Shown here piece by piece: positions 18,004 to 26,667 of a stretch of 32,000 nucleotides of DNA. Both the position numbers and the translations under genes were made by a program. Where the stretch lies: assembly GCF_051307035.1 (NCBI RefSeq), contig NZ_CP195536.1:810001-842000 (forward strand). Direction: 5' to 3'. Source of the DNA: Psychrobacter sp. DM4 (GTDB taxonomy: Bacteria > Pseudomonadota > Gammaproteobacteria > Pseudomonadales > Moraxellaceae). Position 1 is the stretch's first letter, and each line of letters opens with the position of its first letter. Under the pieces are notes generated by a model that made no database searches, had not been told where the DNA came from, and saw nothing but the letters and a program-made list of their open reading frames with translations.

Positions 18004-19809
18004 ATGATTATGTTTAGCATGATAAAGCAGCTGTTTGGACTGCTCTCAGTTCAACAAGTCAGACAGTTTTATGTCCTACAAGTTCTGGTCGTTATCATGG
18101 CTTTTACGGAACTATTAGGCATTGCGTCCATAGCGCCTTTTATGGCCTTAGTCGGTGACATCTCTATACTTGAAACGAACAGTGTTTTTGCGGCGTTATA
18201 TCAACTATCTGGTTTAACTGATCCTATGGATTTTGTATTTTATACTGGTTTGTTGGTGCTTGTAGCGCTAACTTTGTCAACCTTAGTATCTATGTATACC
18301 ACTTGGAAGCTCGCACTTTATGGAGCAAGCGTAGGAGTTGAGATTGCAGATCGTCTCTATACTCATTATATGCAAGAAGATTGGCAGTTTCATGCCAGCG
18401 GTAGCAGTGCGCAGCTGACCAAGCAGATATCGACAGAAGCTATGCGTATAACGGGTGGAATAATACAGCCCTTAATGCAAATGAATGCCAAAGTTGTCTT
18501 AGCTACTCTTATCTCTATTAGTATCGTCATCTACAATCCTGTAATAGCAGTAGTAGGTTTAATCCTATTCGCTCTTGCCTATTTTATCCTTTATAAACTT
18601 GTCCGTAAAAAACTGGTCTCTAATGGCACAAAAATATCTCAAGTATCTACTGATCGCTTTAGATTAATGAATGAGGGGTTTGGCGGCATTAAAGATGTCC
18701 TGTTGCTCAATCGTAGTCATGACTTTATCAAACGTTTTAAAGACAGTGGCGAGATCTTTGCCCGCGCTTTAGGGACCAATACGGGTATTAGTCAAGTACC
18801 GCGCTATTTTATGGAGCTCATCGCTTTTGGTAGCATGATTGGTCTGGTGCTACTACTGATTAAATTACACGAGGGTAATTTGGGAGCGGTATTGCCGATT
18901 CTAGCGGTTTACGCTCTCGCTGCATTCAAACTACTTCCAGCTTTGCAGCAAATCTATGCCAGTGTCGCGAGCATTAAAGCGAATATATCAGCATTTGAAG
19001 CGGTGAAAGAAGACTTAGAACACTCCTCTCATAATAGCGAAGTTACCACGACAAAACCTATAGCTACACAAAATGAGCTAAAGGAAAAAATCACCTTGAG
19101 CAATATCAAGTTTAATTATCCAGGTAAAACCCTACCTGCTATAAACGGTATTACTATGACTATTCCGGCCAATAGCGTCGTCGGTATAGTCGGATCTTCT
19201 GGTTCTGGAAAATCAACCTTGATTGATGTATTGCTTGGGCTACTAACGCCGCAAAATGGTCATCTATATATGGATGATACGCGCATCATTGCTGAAAACA
19301 AACGTGCTTGGCAGAATACCTTGGGCTTTGTTCCGCAAAGTATATTTCTGAGCGAAGGTTCAATCGCTGAAAACATAGCCTTTGGACTACCTGCCAAAGA
19401 CATCGATCCACAAAAAGTCAATAAAGCACTAGCACTTGCAAGCTTAACAGAACTAGTAGATCAGCTCCCAAATGGTGTACATACCACAGTAGGTGAGCGC
19501 GGCGTTCAGCTCTCAGGTGGCCAACGTCAACGCATTGGTATTGCTCGCGCGCTCTACTACGAAGCAAATGTTCTGGTATTTGATGAAGCGACGAGTGCTC
19601 TAGATGGTATTACAGAAAAGGTAATCATGGATGCTATCCATGATTTAAGTGGCAAAAAGACCATTATTATGATCGCTCACCGTCTAAAAACAGTGCAAAA
19701 GTGCGACATTATTTATCTAATAGATCAAGGAAAAATAGTGGATCAAGGCTCTTATCACGAGCTAGTAGAGACCAACTCTCAGTTTAGAAAAATGGCTGAG
19801 CATGCTTAA
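18004..19809 (+). CDS. Fused TMD-NBD ABC exporter (type I half-transporter; PglK/Wzk/MsbA-like, putative lipid-linked oligosaccharide flippase)
   Basis: The N-terminal half has 6 predicted TM helices. The C-terminal NBD has Walker A GSSGSGKST, Q-loop VPQ, signature LSGGQRQRIGIARAL, Walker B VLVFDEATSALD and H-loop IAHRL. The N-terminal region (FTELLGIASIAPFMALVGD) resembles the PglK-type subfamily as I recall it. The start may be ATG 18010. Confidence 0.85.
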   Translation: MIMFSMIKQLFGLLSVQQVRQFYVLQVLVVIMAFTELLGIASIAPFMALVGDISILETNSVFAALYQLSGLTDPMDFVFYTGLLVLVALTLSTLVSMYTTWKLALYGASVGVEIADRLYTHYMQEDWQFHASGSSAQLTKQISTEAMRITGGIIQPLMQMNAKVVLATLISISIVIYNPVIAVVGLILFALAYFILYKLVRKKLVSNGTKISQVSTDRFRLMNEGFGGIKDVLLLNRSHDFIKRFKDSGEIFARALGTNTGISQVPRYFMELIAFGSMIGLVLLLIKLHEGNLGAVLPILAVYALAAFKLLPALQQIYASVASIKANISAFEAVKEDLEHSSHNSEVTTTKPIATQNELKEKITLSNIKFNYPGKTLPAINGITMTIPANSVVGIVGSSGSGKSTLIDVLLGLLTPQNGHLYMDDTRIIAENKRAWQNTLGFVPQSIFLSEGSIAENIAFGLPAKDIDPQKVNKALALASLTELVDQLPNGVHTTVGERGVQLSGGQRQRIGIARALYYEANVLVFDEATSALDGITEKVIMDAIHDLSGKKTIIMIAHRLKTVQKCDIIYLIDQGKIVDQGSYHELVETNSQFRKMAEHA

Positions 19810-19966
19810 TTTTTTAGGGTAATTCTACATCCAATTTGAAGTCGATTGACAACTTTATTTCTGAAGTATTTTTTTAGCTAATATAAGTTATAACTGCTTC
19901 ATTATAAATAATAATATATTGATATTTGCGTTAACATTGAACGATAAAGGATAAAAGACAAAAAAT

Positions 19967-20782
19967 ATGCTAAAAGTTTATATAGTCTCACTAAAAAAAG
20001 ATACAGAGAAAAGAAGAGTTATCTCTAACACTCTAAATAACTATGATATCAAGTTTGATTTTGTAGATGCTATATATGGAAAAGAGCTGTCCGATAGTAC
20101 GTTAGATTTATATAGAGTTAAAAGTACAGGCGCTATCATCGAAAGAGGATTTCCAGCGACTGCTGGTGAGATTGGTTGTGCTTTAAGCCATTTGATGGTT
20201 TATCAAGACATGTTAGATAACAACATTAAATGGGCATGTATTTTAGAAGACGATGCTATTTTGGACGAAAGATTTAAGACATTCATTAGTAAGTTCAAAG
20301 AGACTAACCTTAATTCAAAAACCCTTTATTTGCTCGGTGGTCAAACTTGTTTTAATCAAAAAATGATCGTCAAAAGTTTTAAAAACCCTATAAATATAGG
20401 AGGTCAAAAATTTAGCAAAACAATTAAGAGCGACCACTTTATTCACGGAGGGTGTTGCTATCTTTTGAGTTCAACGTTAGCTGAGAGCTTTATAGAGTTA
20501 TCTCAGCAAAAATTTATAGTTGCAGATGATTGGCGTTACTTAGCCAAAAAAAATATTATCGATAAAATATATATATCTAATTTCGTTGATCATCCCTTAG
20601 ACTTCTCTACCAGTAATATACATGAAGAGAGAAAAATGGCATCAAATAAAGTATCAGACAATACATCCAAACATAACCGGTTTAGTTTACGAGTTAGGAG
20701 ATATATTAAATGGCGGTTATGGCTAACCAAATGGCAGCTTAGGGCTACGATATTAAAGGCTTATAGATACGTCGAAAGGTAA
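19967..20782 (+). CDS. Glycosyltransferase family 25 (LOS/LPS beta-glycosyltransferase, Lic2B/LgtB-like)
   Basis: MLKVYIVSLKKDTEKRRVISNTL...FDFVDAIYGKEL, then GEIGCALSH and ILEDDAIL, are the typical GT25 N-terminal and catalytic motifs. Confidence 0.8.
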   Translation: MLKVYIVSLKKDTEKRRVISNTLNNYDIKFDFVDAIYGKELSDSTLDLYRVKSTGAIIERGFPATAGEIGCALSHLMVYQDMLDNNIKWACILEDDAILDERFKTFISKFKETNLNSKTLYLLGGQTCFNQKMIVKSFKNPINIGGQKFSKTIKSDHFIHGGCCYLLSSTLAESFIELSQQKFIVADDWRYLAKKNIIDKIYISNFVDHPLDFSTSNIHEERKMASNKVSDNTSKHNRFSLRVRRYIKWRLWLTKWQLRATILKAYRYVER

Positions 20783-20861
20783 TAAAATTATTTAGTAAAA
20801 AATACATTGTTTAAGTTAAATCGTACAAATCGTCAAATCAACTGTTATTGGAGATATAGTT

Positions 20862-21830
20862 ATGAGTATGACTTTAATAAGTGTAGTCATACCAGTCTAT
20901 AACAAAGAAGACTATCTAGAAAAATGCTTGGATTCAGTTATCAACCAGACATACGCAGCTCTAGAGATTATTCTAATAAATGATGGTAGTACAGATAGAT
21001 CCCCTTTGATATGCCAGGAGTATGCTGATAGAGATAGCCGAATTAGATTTATCGATAAAGATAATCAAGGTGTGAGTATAACTAGGAACTTAGGTATTTA
21101 TTTATCTAAAGGGGAATGGTTATATTTTTTAGATAGTGATGATTTCTTGGATCTGAATGCCTTTGAGGTTTTGATGAATGTTGCAAAGTCTACTAATGCT
21201 GATGTTATTTATTTTGGATGTCGCGGCTATGAGTTAGGTAAAGTAGTAGGAGAAAGAAAACCTAAGGCTTATAGAGAGTATGTCAATCTCAAATTATTTC
21301 TTAATAATACTAAATTAAGTCCTGCTTCTGCTTGGTTGAACTTCTTTAGACGAGAAGTTGTTTTAAAGAGCAAAGTTACCTTCAATATGAATTTAAAACA
21401 TAACGAAGACGCTTTATTTGTGTATAGTTTATATTGTCATACCAAAAAAATCATAGTTTTAGATAAAGTGCTCCACAACGTTGTTGTAGCGCCAAATTCA
21501 GTAAGTAGGAAGCCTATAAAGGTGAGGGTCTTAGAAGATAATTTATTATTCTTATCGGAGCTATGTCGTTACGTTCGAAAACGAGGACTGATTGAAGATT
21601 TTAAGCAGGAGATTAATGACATCTCTAAACATACTTTTGTCCTAGCTCTTTATTTTAAAGATTTTAGCAATTATAAATTTGATATTCAGAAAAAGTATAG
21701 AGATTTATACTCTACTAACAAAGATATTTTCTATACCTATTTTTCAAAAACAGCCAATGTTAATATTAATATAGTGATACTGTTGGTTAAGATAAAGCAC
21801 CTAATAAAAGGCGATAATTATAAAATTTAG
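20862..21830 (+). CDS. Glycosyltransferase family 2
   Basis: ISVVIPVYNKEDYLEKCLDSVINQTY..LEIILINDGSTDRS followed by YFLDSDD (DXD). GGAGA SD at 20851-20855. Confidence 0.85.
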   Translation: MSMTLISVVIPVYNKEDYLEKCLDSVINQTYAALEIILINDGSTDRSPLICQEYADRDSRIRFIDKDNQGVSITRNLGIYLSKGEWLYFLDSDDFLDLNAFEVLMNVAKSTNADVIYFGCRGYELGKVVGERKPKAYREYVNLKLFLNNTKLSPASAWLNFFRREVVLKSKVTFNMNLKHNEDALFVYSLYCHTKKIIVLDKVLHNVVVAPNSVSRKPIKVRVLEDNLLFLSELCRYVRKRGLIEDFKQEINDISKHTFVLALYFKDFSNYKFDIQKKYRDLYSTNKDIFYTYFSKTANVNINIVILLVKIKHLIKGDNYKI

Positions 21831-21989
21831 AAATTATTGTTTTGCTTGAATGATATATATTCGTTACTTCTACATAAATGTAGCCACAAATAATATTTAT
21901 AAAAAAATGAAGTAGATCATATACAGTCGATACCAAATAAAATGGATACGTTATTTAATAACGCAAAACGGGTATAAATTTTTGGGCTT

Positions 21990-22017
21990 ACAGTGCCTAC
22001 GCCGACAGTGCCTACGC
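21990..22017. repeat. Short tandem direct repeat: 13-nt core ACAGTGCCTACGC twice at 15-nt period, inside a GC-rich patch of an otherwise AT-rich 313-bp intergenic region
   Basis: The copies lie at 21990-22002 and 22005-22017. They are immediately followed by the hairpin CTGGGAT-acattc-ATCCCAG (22027-22046) and a T-run at 22059-22064. Confidence 0.5.
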
Positions 22018-22143
22018 TGCTCGATGCTGGGATACATTCATCCCAGTCCCGCTATATCTTTTTTGTATTGGACTAACTACATACAGTCTAGATTTAGCAA
22101 TAATTAACAGCTTGTTTTGTTACTTTTACTTTAGGAGCTTTGT

Positions 22144-23334
22144 ATGAAAGGTTCTCTTGAGCTTTTGCCTCAACAAAGTCAGACCCGTGATGAAGGTGTA
22201 AGACGTTGTTGTTTGTTAGCGCAAATCTCTGCTAGTGGTGAGCGTACTGATAAGCAGTTATGGTTTCTATATCCTTCTGCTATAGCAATGCCAGAAGATG
22301 ATAACTGTGACTCTTACTTACTTGCTGTATTGCTACCAGCAATGCAAATGAGATTGAACATAATTGTCCATGGGAGTATCTCTAGTGCGCTACTTGCTAA
22401 CCTTACAGAGTTTCAACAGGTTTGGAAAAAGTGGTCACCTGAACAGTTTTTTTTAGTAGATATACAAGTTAAGAGTATTCGAGAATGTGAGACAAAAGTA
22501 GCGGGAGCTATCGTAGCCTTTTCTGGTGGCGCTGATGCTCAGTTCACAGCCTACCGTCATGCGACAGGAAAAGCTGGATATAGTTCGCAAAGACTAAAAG
22601 CGGGTGTGTTTATACATGGTTTTGATATATCACTGTCTGATGAAAAAGGTTTTATTGGTGCGAAAAGACTAGCATCTGCAGCCTTAGAGGACTTGGACAT
22701 AAAATTGTTTACTGTCAGCACCAATATTCGTGAACTTTGGAGTATTAACTGGGAGAGCTATTTTGGTTCAGCATTAGCTTCGGTTTTATGTGCGTTTTAC
22801 AAGTACGCAGGCGTTGGTCTCATCGCTGGTGGTCCCTCTTACAGTGAGCTATTTATGCGTATGGGAGATCATCCTATGTTAGACCCCATGCTAAGCTCGG
22901 GTGTTTTTCAGATAATGCATGATGGTTGCGGCTTTGATCGTACTGAAAAAATTAGAACCCTCTCAGCATGGTCGTGCGGAGTACGCAACTTGCGAGTGTG
23001 CTGGGAGGGCGATAACACTGATCGTAACTGCGGTGAATGCGAGAAGTGCGTTAGAACTCGTCTTAACTTTTTGATTGCTGGTGTAAAAGATCCTACTTGT
23101 TTTAGTACTCCGCTCAAAACAGAGCATCTCAAGCGAATGATACTCTCTAGTAGTCATGTTATCTCAGAATGGGAACGTATTCTCTTAGAGATGACAAATG
23201 CAACTGTAGATAGCAAATGGATACATCAGGTTCAAAAAACTATTAAACGAAACCCTCCACTAATATATTTACTCCCTCAAGGGACTCGCCGCCGTAAGCT
23301 CTTAACGAAGCTAAAAGGTAGGATCATTCATTAG
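22144..23334 (+). CDS. PP-loop ATP pyrophosphatase superfamily protein with a QueC-like C-terminal Cys4 cluster; putative ATP-dependent amidotransferase or amidoligase acting on a sugar substituent (function unknown)
   Basis: AFSGGADA (aa 125-132, nt about 22516-22539) is an SGGxDS-type PP-loop variant. C286-x9-C296-x2-C299-x2-C302 (nt 22999-23049) resembles the QueC zinc site C-x8-C-x2-C-x2-C. A roughly 110-aa N-terminal extension belongs to no family I recognise. TAGGAG SD at 22131-22136. Confidence 0.6.
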   Translation: MKGSLELLPQQSQTRDEGVRRCCLLAQISASGERTDKQLWFLYPSAIAMPEDDNCDSYLLAVLLPAMQMRLNIIVHGSISSALLANLTEFQQVWKKWSPEQFFLVDIQVKSIRECETKVAGAIVAFSGGADAQFTAYRHATGKAGYSSQRLKAGVFIHGFDISLSDEKGFIGAKRLASAALEDLDIKLFTVSTNIRELWSINWESYFGSALASVLCAFYKYAGVGLIAGGPSYSELFMRMGDHPMLDPMLSSGVFQIMHDGCGFDRTEKIRTLSAWSCGVRNLRVCWEGDNTDRNCGECEKCVRTRLNFLIAGVKDPTCFSTPLKTEHLKRMILSSSHVISEWERILLEMTNATVDSKWIHQVQKTIKRNPPLIYLLPQGTRRRKLLTKLKGRIIH

Positions 23335-23419
23335 TTCAATGAAAAACAATCAAGGACTTCAACTTTTGTAACGCATACTTAATCGATGAAAGTATTGGTA
23401 ATCGACAAGGAGATTTATT

Positions 23420-24505
23420 TTGAAGTATTTAAATGTAGTTTCTAAAAGATTACCGCTTACCTTTAAAGTTAAGCTTACTTCTTTATTCAAAAAAAAAGAA
23501 ATAAAGCTTAATTCAGGCAAAAAGGCTTTTGTTTTTCTTGCAGCAGATTACGGCAATATCGGTGATATCGCCATCTCTTTTGCTCAAAGTCAGTTTTTGA
23601 ATAATGTGCTACCTAATTATGAGGTCGTTAGCATACCCATTAGCCAAACCAGATTTTTAATCGATTCAATTAACAAGCAAATAAAGGCTGATGACATCGT
23701 CACTATCATTGGCGGCGGCAACATGGGCGGTACTTATCCTGATATCGAAGCTCTACGGCAACTGGTGATAAAAACTTTTAGGACTAACCGTATTATCAGC
23801 TTTCCACAAACCCTTGATTGGAATCAATCGGCTCAATCAAAACGAGCATTAAAAAAAATTATAAAAGTATATTCCAGTCATCCTGATATTCATCTTTTTG
23901 CTAGAGAGTCTATTAGCTTCGCTAAGCTAACGAAGATGTTTAGCGGTGCCAATAATGTTAGCGTCAATCTCGTGCCAGACATTGTGATGAGTGCGACAGC
24001 AAAGCTGCTTGGCGCAACTGAATGTCATAAAACGTCGGGTATTCTTCGTTGCCTGCGAGACGATAAAGAAGCGGCTTTGACAAGTAAGCAGTACAGCATC
24101 GTTGATAAGGCATTAGTGAAAACGGGTTGTAACATAGAGAAGACGGATACTCATGCTGGTGGCTCGCAGTTGAGCGCGGCGCATTGTACTCAGTTATTGA
24201 CGGATAAGCTTAATCAATTTCGAACGGCAAATCTGGTTGTCACGGATCGTTTGCATGGCATGATTATGAGTCTACTCTCCGGTACGCCTTGTCTAGTACT
24301 GCCAAACTCCAACCACAAAATAAGACAGACGCAGGCTGACTGGTTACAAAATCATCCCAGAATTATTTTTTTAGAGATTGATGAGATAGATCAAATCTCA
24401 AAGGCTATCGAGAGTTTATTATCCTTGTCTCATGGGACACTAAATGAGTCCCCAGTCGATAGCAATAAATACAACGATCTAAAAAAAGCGCTGGAGTATC
24501 TATGA
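23420..24505 (+). CDS. Polysaccharide pyruvyl transferase (CsaB/WcaK family)
   Basis: FLAADYGNIGDIAISFAQSQFL at the N-terminus and VVTDRLHGMIMSLLSGTPCLVLPNSNHKI near the C-terminus are the two conserved blocks of the PS_pyruv_trans family. TTG start at 23420 with AAGGAG at 23407-23412. Confidence 0.8.
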   Translation: MKYLNVVSKRLPLTFKVKLTSLFKKKEIKLNSGKKAFVFLAADYGNIGDIAISFAQSQFLNNVLPNYEVVSIPISQTRFLIDSINKQIKADDIVTIIGGGNMGGTYPDIEALRQLVIKTFRTNRIISFPQTLDWNQSAQSKRALKKIIKVYSSHPDIHLFARESISFAKLTKMFSGANNVSVNLVPDIVMSATAKLLGATECHKTSGILRCLRDDKEAALTSKQYSIVDKALVKTGCNIEKTDTHAGGSQLSAAHCTQLLTDKLNQFRTANLVVTDRLHGMIMSLLSGTPCLVLPNSNHKIRQTQADWLQNHPRIIFLEIDEIDQISKAIESLLSLSHGTLNESPVDSNKYNDLKKALEYL

Positions 24506-25503
24506 GTACTACAGTAGATCCATTAGTCAGTGTCATCGTTCCTGTATATAACGTGGAAAACTACCTTGACGCTTGTCTGAACTCTATCAGACAGCAAACC
24601 TATAAAAACTTAGAGATTATCGTCGTCGAAGACAGTTCTACTGATAATTCTAGACACCTACTCGATCATCATCTCGATGATAGGCGCATAAAACTCGTCC
24701 AGCACAGCGAAAACAAAGGGCTCTCTGCAGCTCGCAATACGGGCATCGAGTCTGCGACAGGTGAATACATAGTGTTCGTTGATTCTGATGACATTATAGA
24801 CGCGCATCTGATAACAGCTTGTATGGATTGCGCCCTTAGGACAGGAGCTGAAGTCATTACTTATGATTTCATGCCTTTTGACGATGGCATAGCAGATATA
24901 GCACTACCATACCCTTGTAGTAGATCAGTGTACAAAGCCATTGAACAAGATACTAGTTATTATAACCTGCCACACTTTGCATGGCTTAAGTTCATACGCG
25001 CAAGTGTTATACGTTCCTCATCATTGCGTTTTCCAATCGGTTTGTACTATGAGGACTGGCCCTTTCATTGGCACCTTGGTCTATCTACGACTAAACGATT
25101 TCACTTGCCGGTCAGCTTTTACTTATACAGGCAGCGAGATACCTCTATCACAGAATCAAGAGGTAAAGAGCTGCTAGATCTATTTGCTATTCACGCGATA
25201 GTAAAAAATTTATTACATGAATACAAAGCTCATGGGGTTAAGAGTGTCTTTACTTATAAGTGTAGGCAGAGTCATTGGAGGATTTTAACGCGTATCAATT
25301 CTAAATATTTAGCGACTGCGCTCAAAGCTGTTAAACAATCAGAGCAGACGATGCAAACAGCTGAATACAATAGTGTAACTAATATCAAGCATCTGATGGT
25401 CTCTACTATAGTGGGTATGCCATATCCTATGGACTTGTGTGGAATAAAAGCGCTGCGTCAAGCGTTACGACGCACTCAGAGACTCAGAGCAGTACAAAGA
25501 TAA
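24502..25503 (+). CDS. Glycosyltransferase family 2
   Basis: VSVIVPVYNVENYLDACLNSIRQQTYKNLEIIVVEDSSTDNS and VFVDSDD (DXD). ATGA overlap with the pyruvyl transferase stop. Confidence 0.85.
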   Translation: MSTTVDPLVSVIVPVYNVENYLDACLNSIRQQTYKNLEIIVVEDSSTDNSRHLLDHHLDDRRIKLVQHSENKGLSAARNTGIESATGEYIVFVDSDDIIDAHLITACMDCALRTGAEVITYDFMPFDDGIADIALPYPCSRSVYKAIEQDTSYYNLPHFAWLKFIRASVIRSSSLRFPIGLYYEDWPFHWHLGLSTTKRFHLPVSFYLYRQRDTSITESRGKELLDLFAIHAIVKNLLHEYKAHGVKSVFTYKCRQSHWRILTRINSKYLATALKAVKQSEQTMQTAEYNSVTNIKHLMVSTIVGMPYPMDLCGIKALRQALRRTQRLRAVQR

Positions 25504-25552
25504 GTCTTATACAGAGTAGGTTCGATATTGAGTAATAAGAGGAGTGATAAGT

Positions 25553-26641
25553 ATGCAAAGAGTGCTACATATCGTAAGTAAAATGGATCGTGCTGGTGCT
25601 GAGACTATGTTGATGAATGTATATCGGCACATAGATCGTAGTCAGTTTCAGTTTGATTTTACGAACTTCACCTCTGACGCTGGCGATTATGATGATGAGA
25701 TTATAGCAATGGGCGGTAGGATTATTCCAATAATAGCGAGCAATCCAGCTTCGCGTATGCTCGCGCTGATGCAGTTTTTACGTCAGCATCCTGAGTACCG
25801 TATCGTACACGCTCATATGTTACTAAGTAATGCTTTTCACCTGTTAGCGGCAAAAGGCGCTGGCGTGCCACATCTTATCTCTCACTCTCACAATACCAGT
25901 AGTAGCAAATCTACGCTGACAGGCAAAATATACGAGCGCTGGTCATTAATAACCAATCGTAAAGTGGCCACTTATAAAATTGCTTGCGGCGATCTTGCTG
26001 CCAAATACTTATTTGGTACGACAAAAGAGGTCTGGATACTACCTAATGCGGTAGATATCAATAAGATGATGGCTATCGCCGATAATACGGGGAATTATAT
26101 AAGCGAGACGTTTAATAACAAAGGTCTGAAGCTCATTCAAGTAGGCCGCTTAAGCGATGTCAAAAACCACCAATTCTCACTAAAGATCGCAAAGCTACTA
26201 AAAGATCGCAACATAGATTTTACCTTGTACATCGTCGGGCAAGGAGACTTAAAAGACGAGCTAAGACATCAAGTACAACAAAGCGCTCTCACTGAGCACG
26301 TTCGGTTCCTGGGAGTACGTACTGATATCACTGAACTTATGGCAAGTGCCGACTATATGATCATGCCGTCTTTGCATGAAGGCTTTCCCGTTGTGCTGGT
26401 TGAGAGTCAGACAGTTGGGCTAAACGCTTTAGTATCCACTCAAGTATCAACTGAGGTGGACTTAGGAATAGGCTTAGTTGAATTTTTACCGATAGATGAC
26501 CCAAGCACTTGGGTACAAGCATTATTGAATAACAATAAGTTAGTATGCTCTAAAGAACAAAAGATAAAAATACTCAAGTCAAATGGTTTTGATGTGTCTG
26601 AAAATGCAAAGAAACTGGCGCAAGTTTATAACAGTCTCTGA
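25553..26641 (+). CDS. Glycosyltransferase family 4 (EpsF-like)
   Basis: MQRVLHIVSKMDRAGAETMLMNVYR at the N-terminus; VGRLSDVKNH and PSLHEGFPVVLVESQTVGL in the C-terminal half. ATG 25553 is preferred: AGAGGAG at 25538-25544 sits 8 nt upstream, and the ORF-track GTG at 25544 overlaps that SD. Confidence 0.85.
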   Translation: MQRVLHIVSKMDRAGAETMLMNVYRHIDRSQFQFDFTNFTSDAGDYDDEIIAMGGRIIPIIASNPASRMLALMQFLRQHPEYRIVHAHMLLSNAFHLLAAKGAGVPHLISHSHNTSSSKSTLTGKIYERWSLITNRKVATYKIACGDLAAKYLFGTTKEVWILPNAVDINKMMAIADNTGNYISETFNNKGLKLIQVGRLSDVKNHQFSLKIAKLLKDRNIDFTLYIVGQGDLKDELRHQVQQSALTEHVRFLGVRTDITELMASADYMIMPSLHEGFPVVLVESQTVGLNALVSTQVSTEVDLGIGLVEFLPIDDPSTWVQALLNNNKLVCSKEQKIKILKSNGFDVSENAKKLAQVYNSL

Positions 26642-26667
26642 CTAGAGCCCACAAAAAAGAGGCATAT

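Noticed and set aside
19846-19851. Consensus -35 hexamer TTGACA in the spacer before the GT25 gene. TTGACT/TTGATA/TTGACC hexamers also occur at 13438-13470 upstream of wzc.
   Set aside because: I could not find an acceptable -10 hexamer at 16-18 nt spacing for any of them. In AT-rich spacers such hexamers occur by chance, so no promoter call is made without TSS data.
25712-25719. GGCGGTAG, identical to the 8-nt ops/JUMPStart core used by RfaH in enterobacterial polysaccharide operons.
   Set aside because: It lies inside the GT4 coding sequence (encoding MGGR), about 12 kb from the operon start, and no JUMPStart context surrounds it. A single 8-mer hit in 32 kb on either strand is compatible with chance. 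The actual leader regions (10219-10432, 13351-13693, 19810-19966, 21831-22143) lack the motif.
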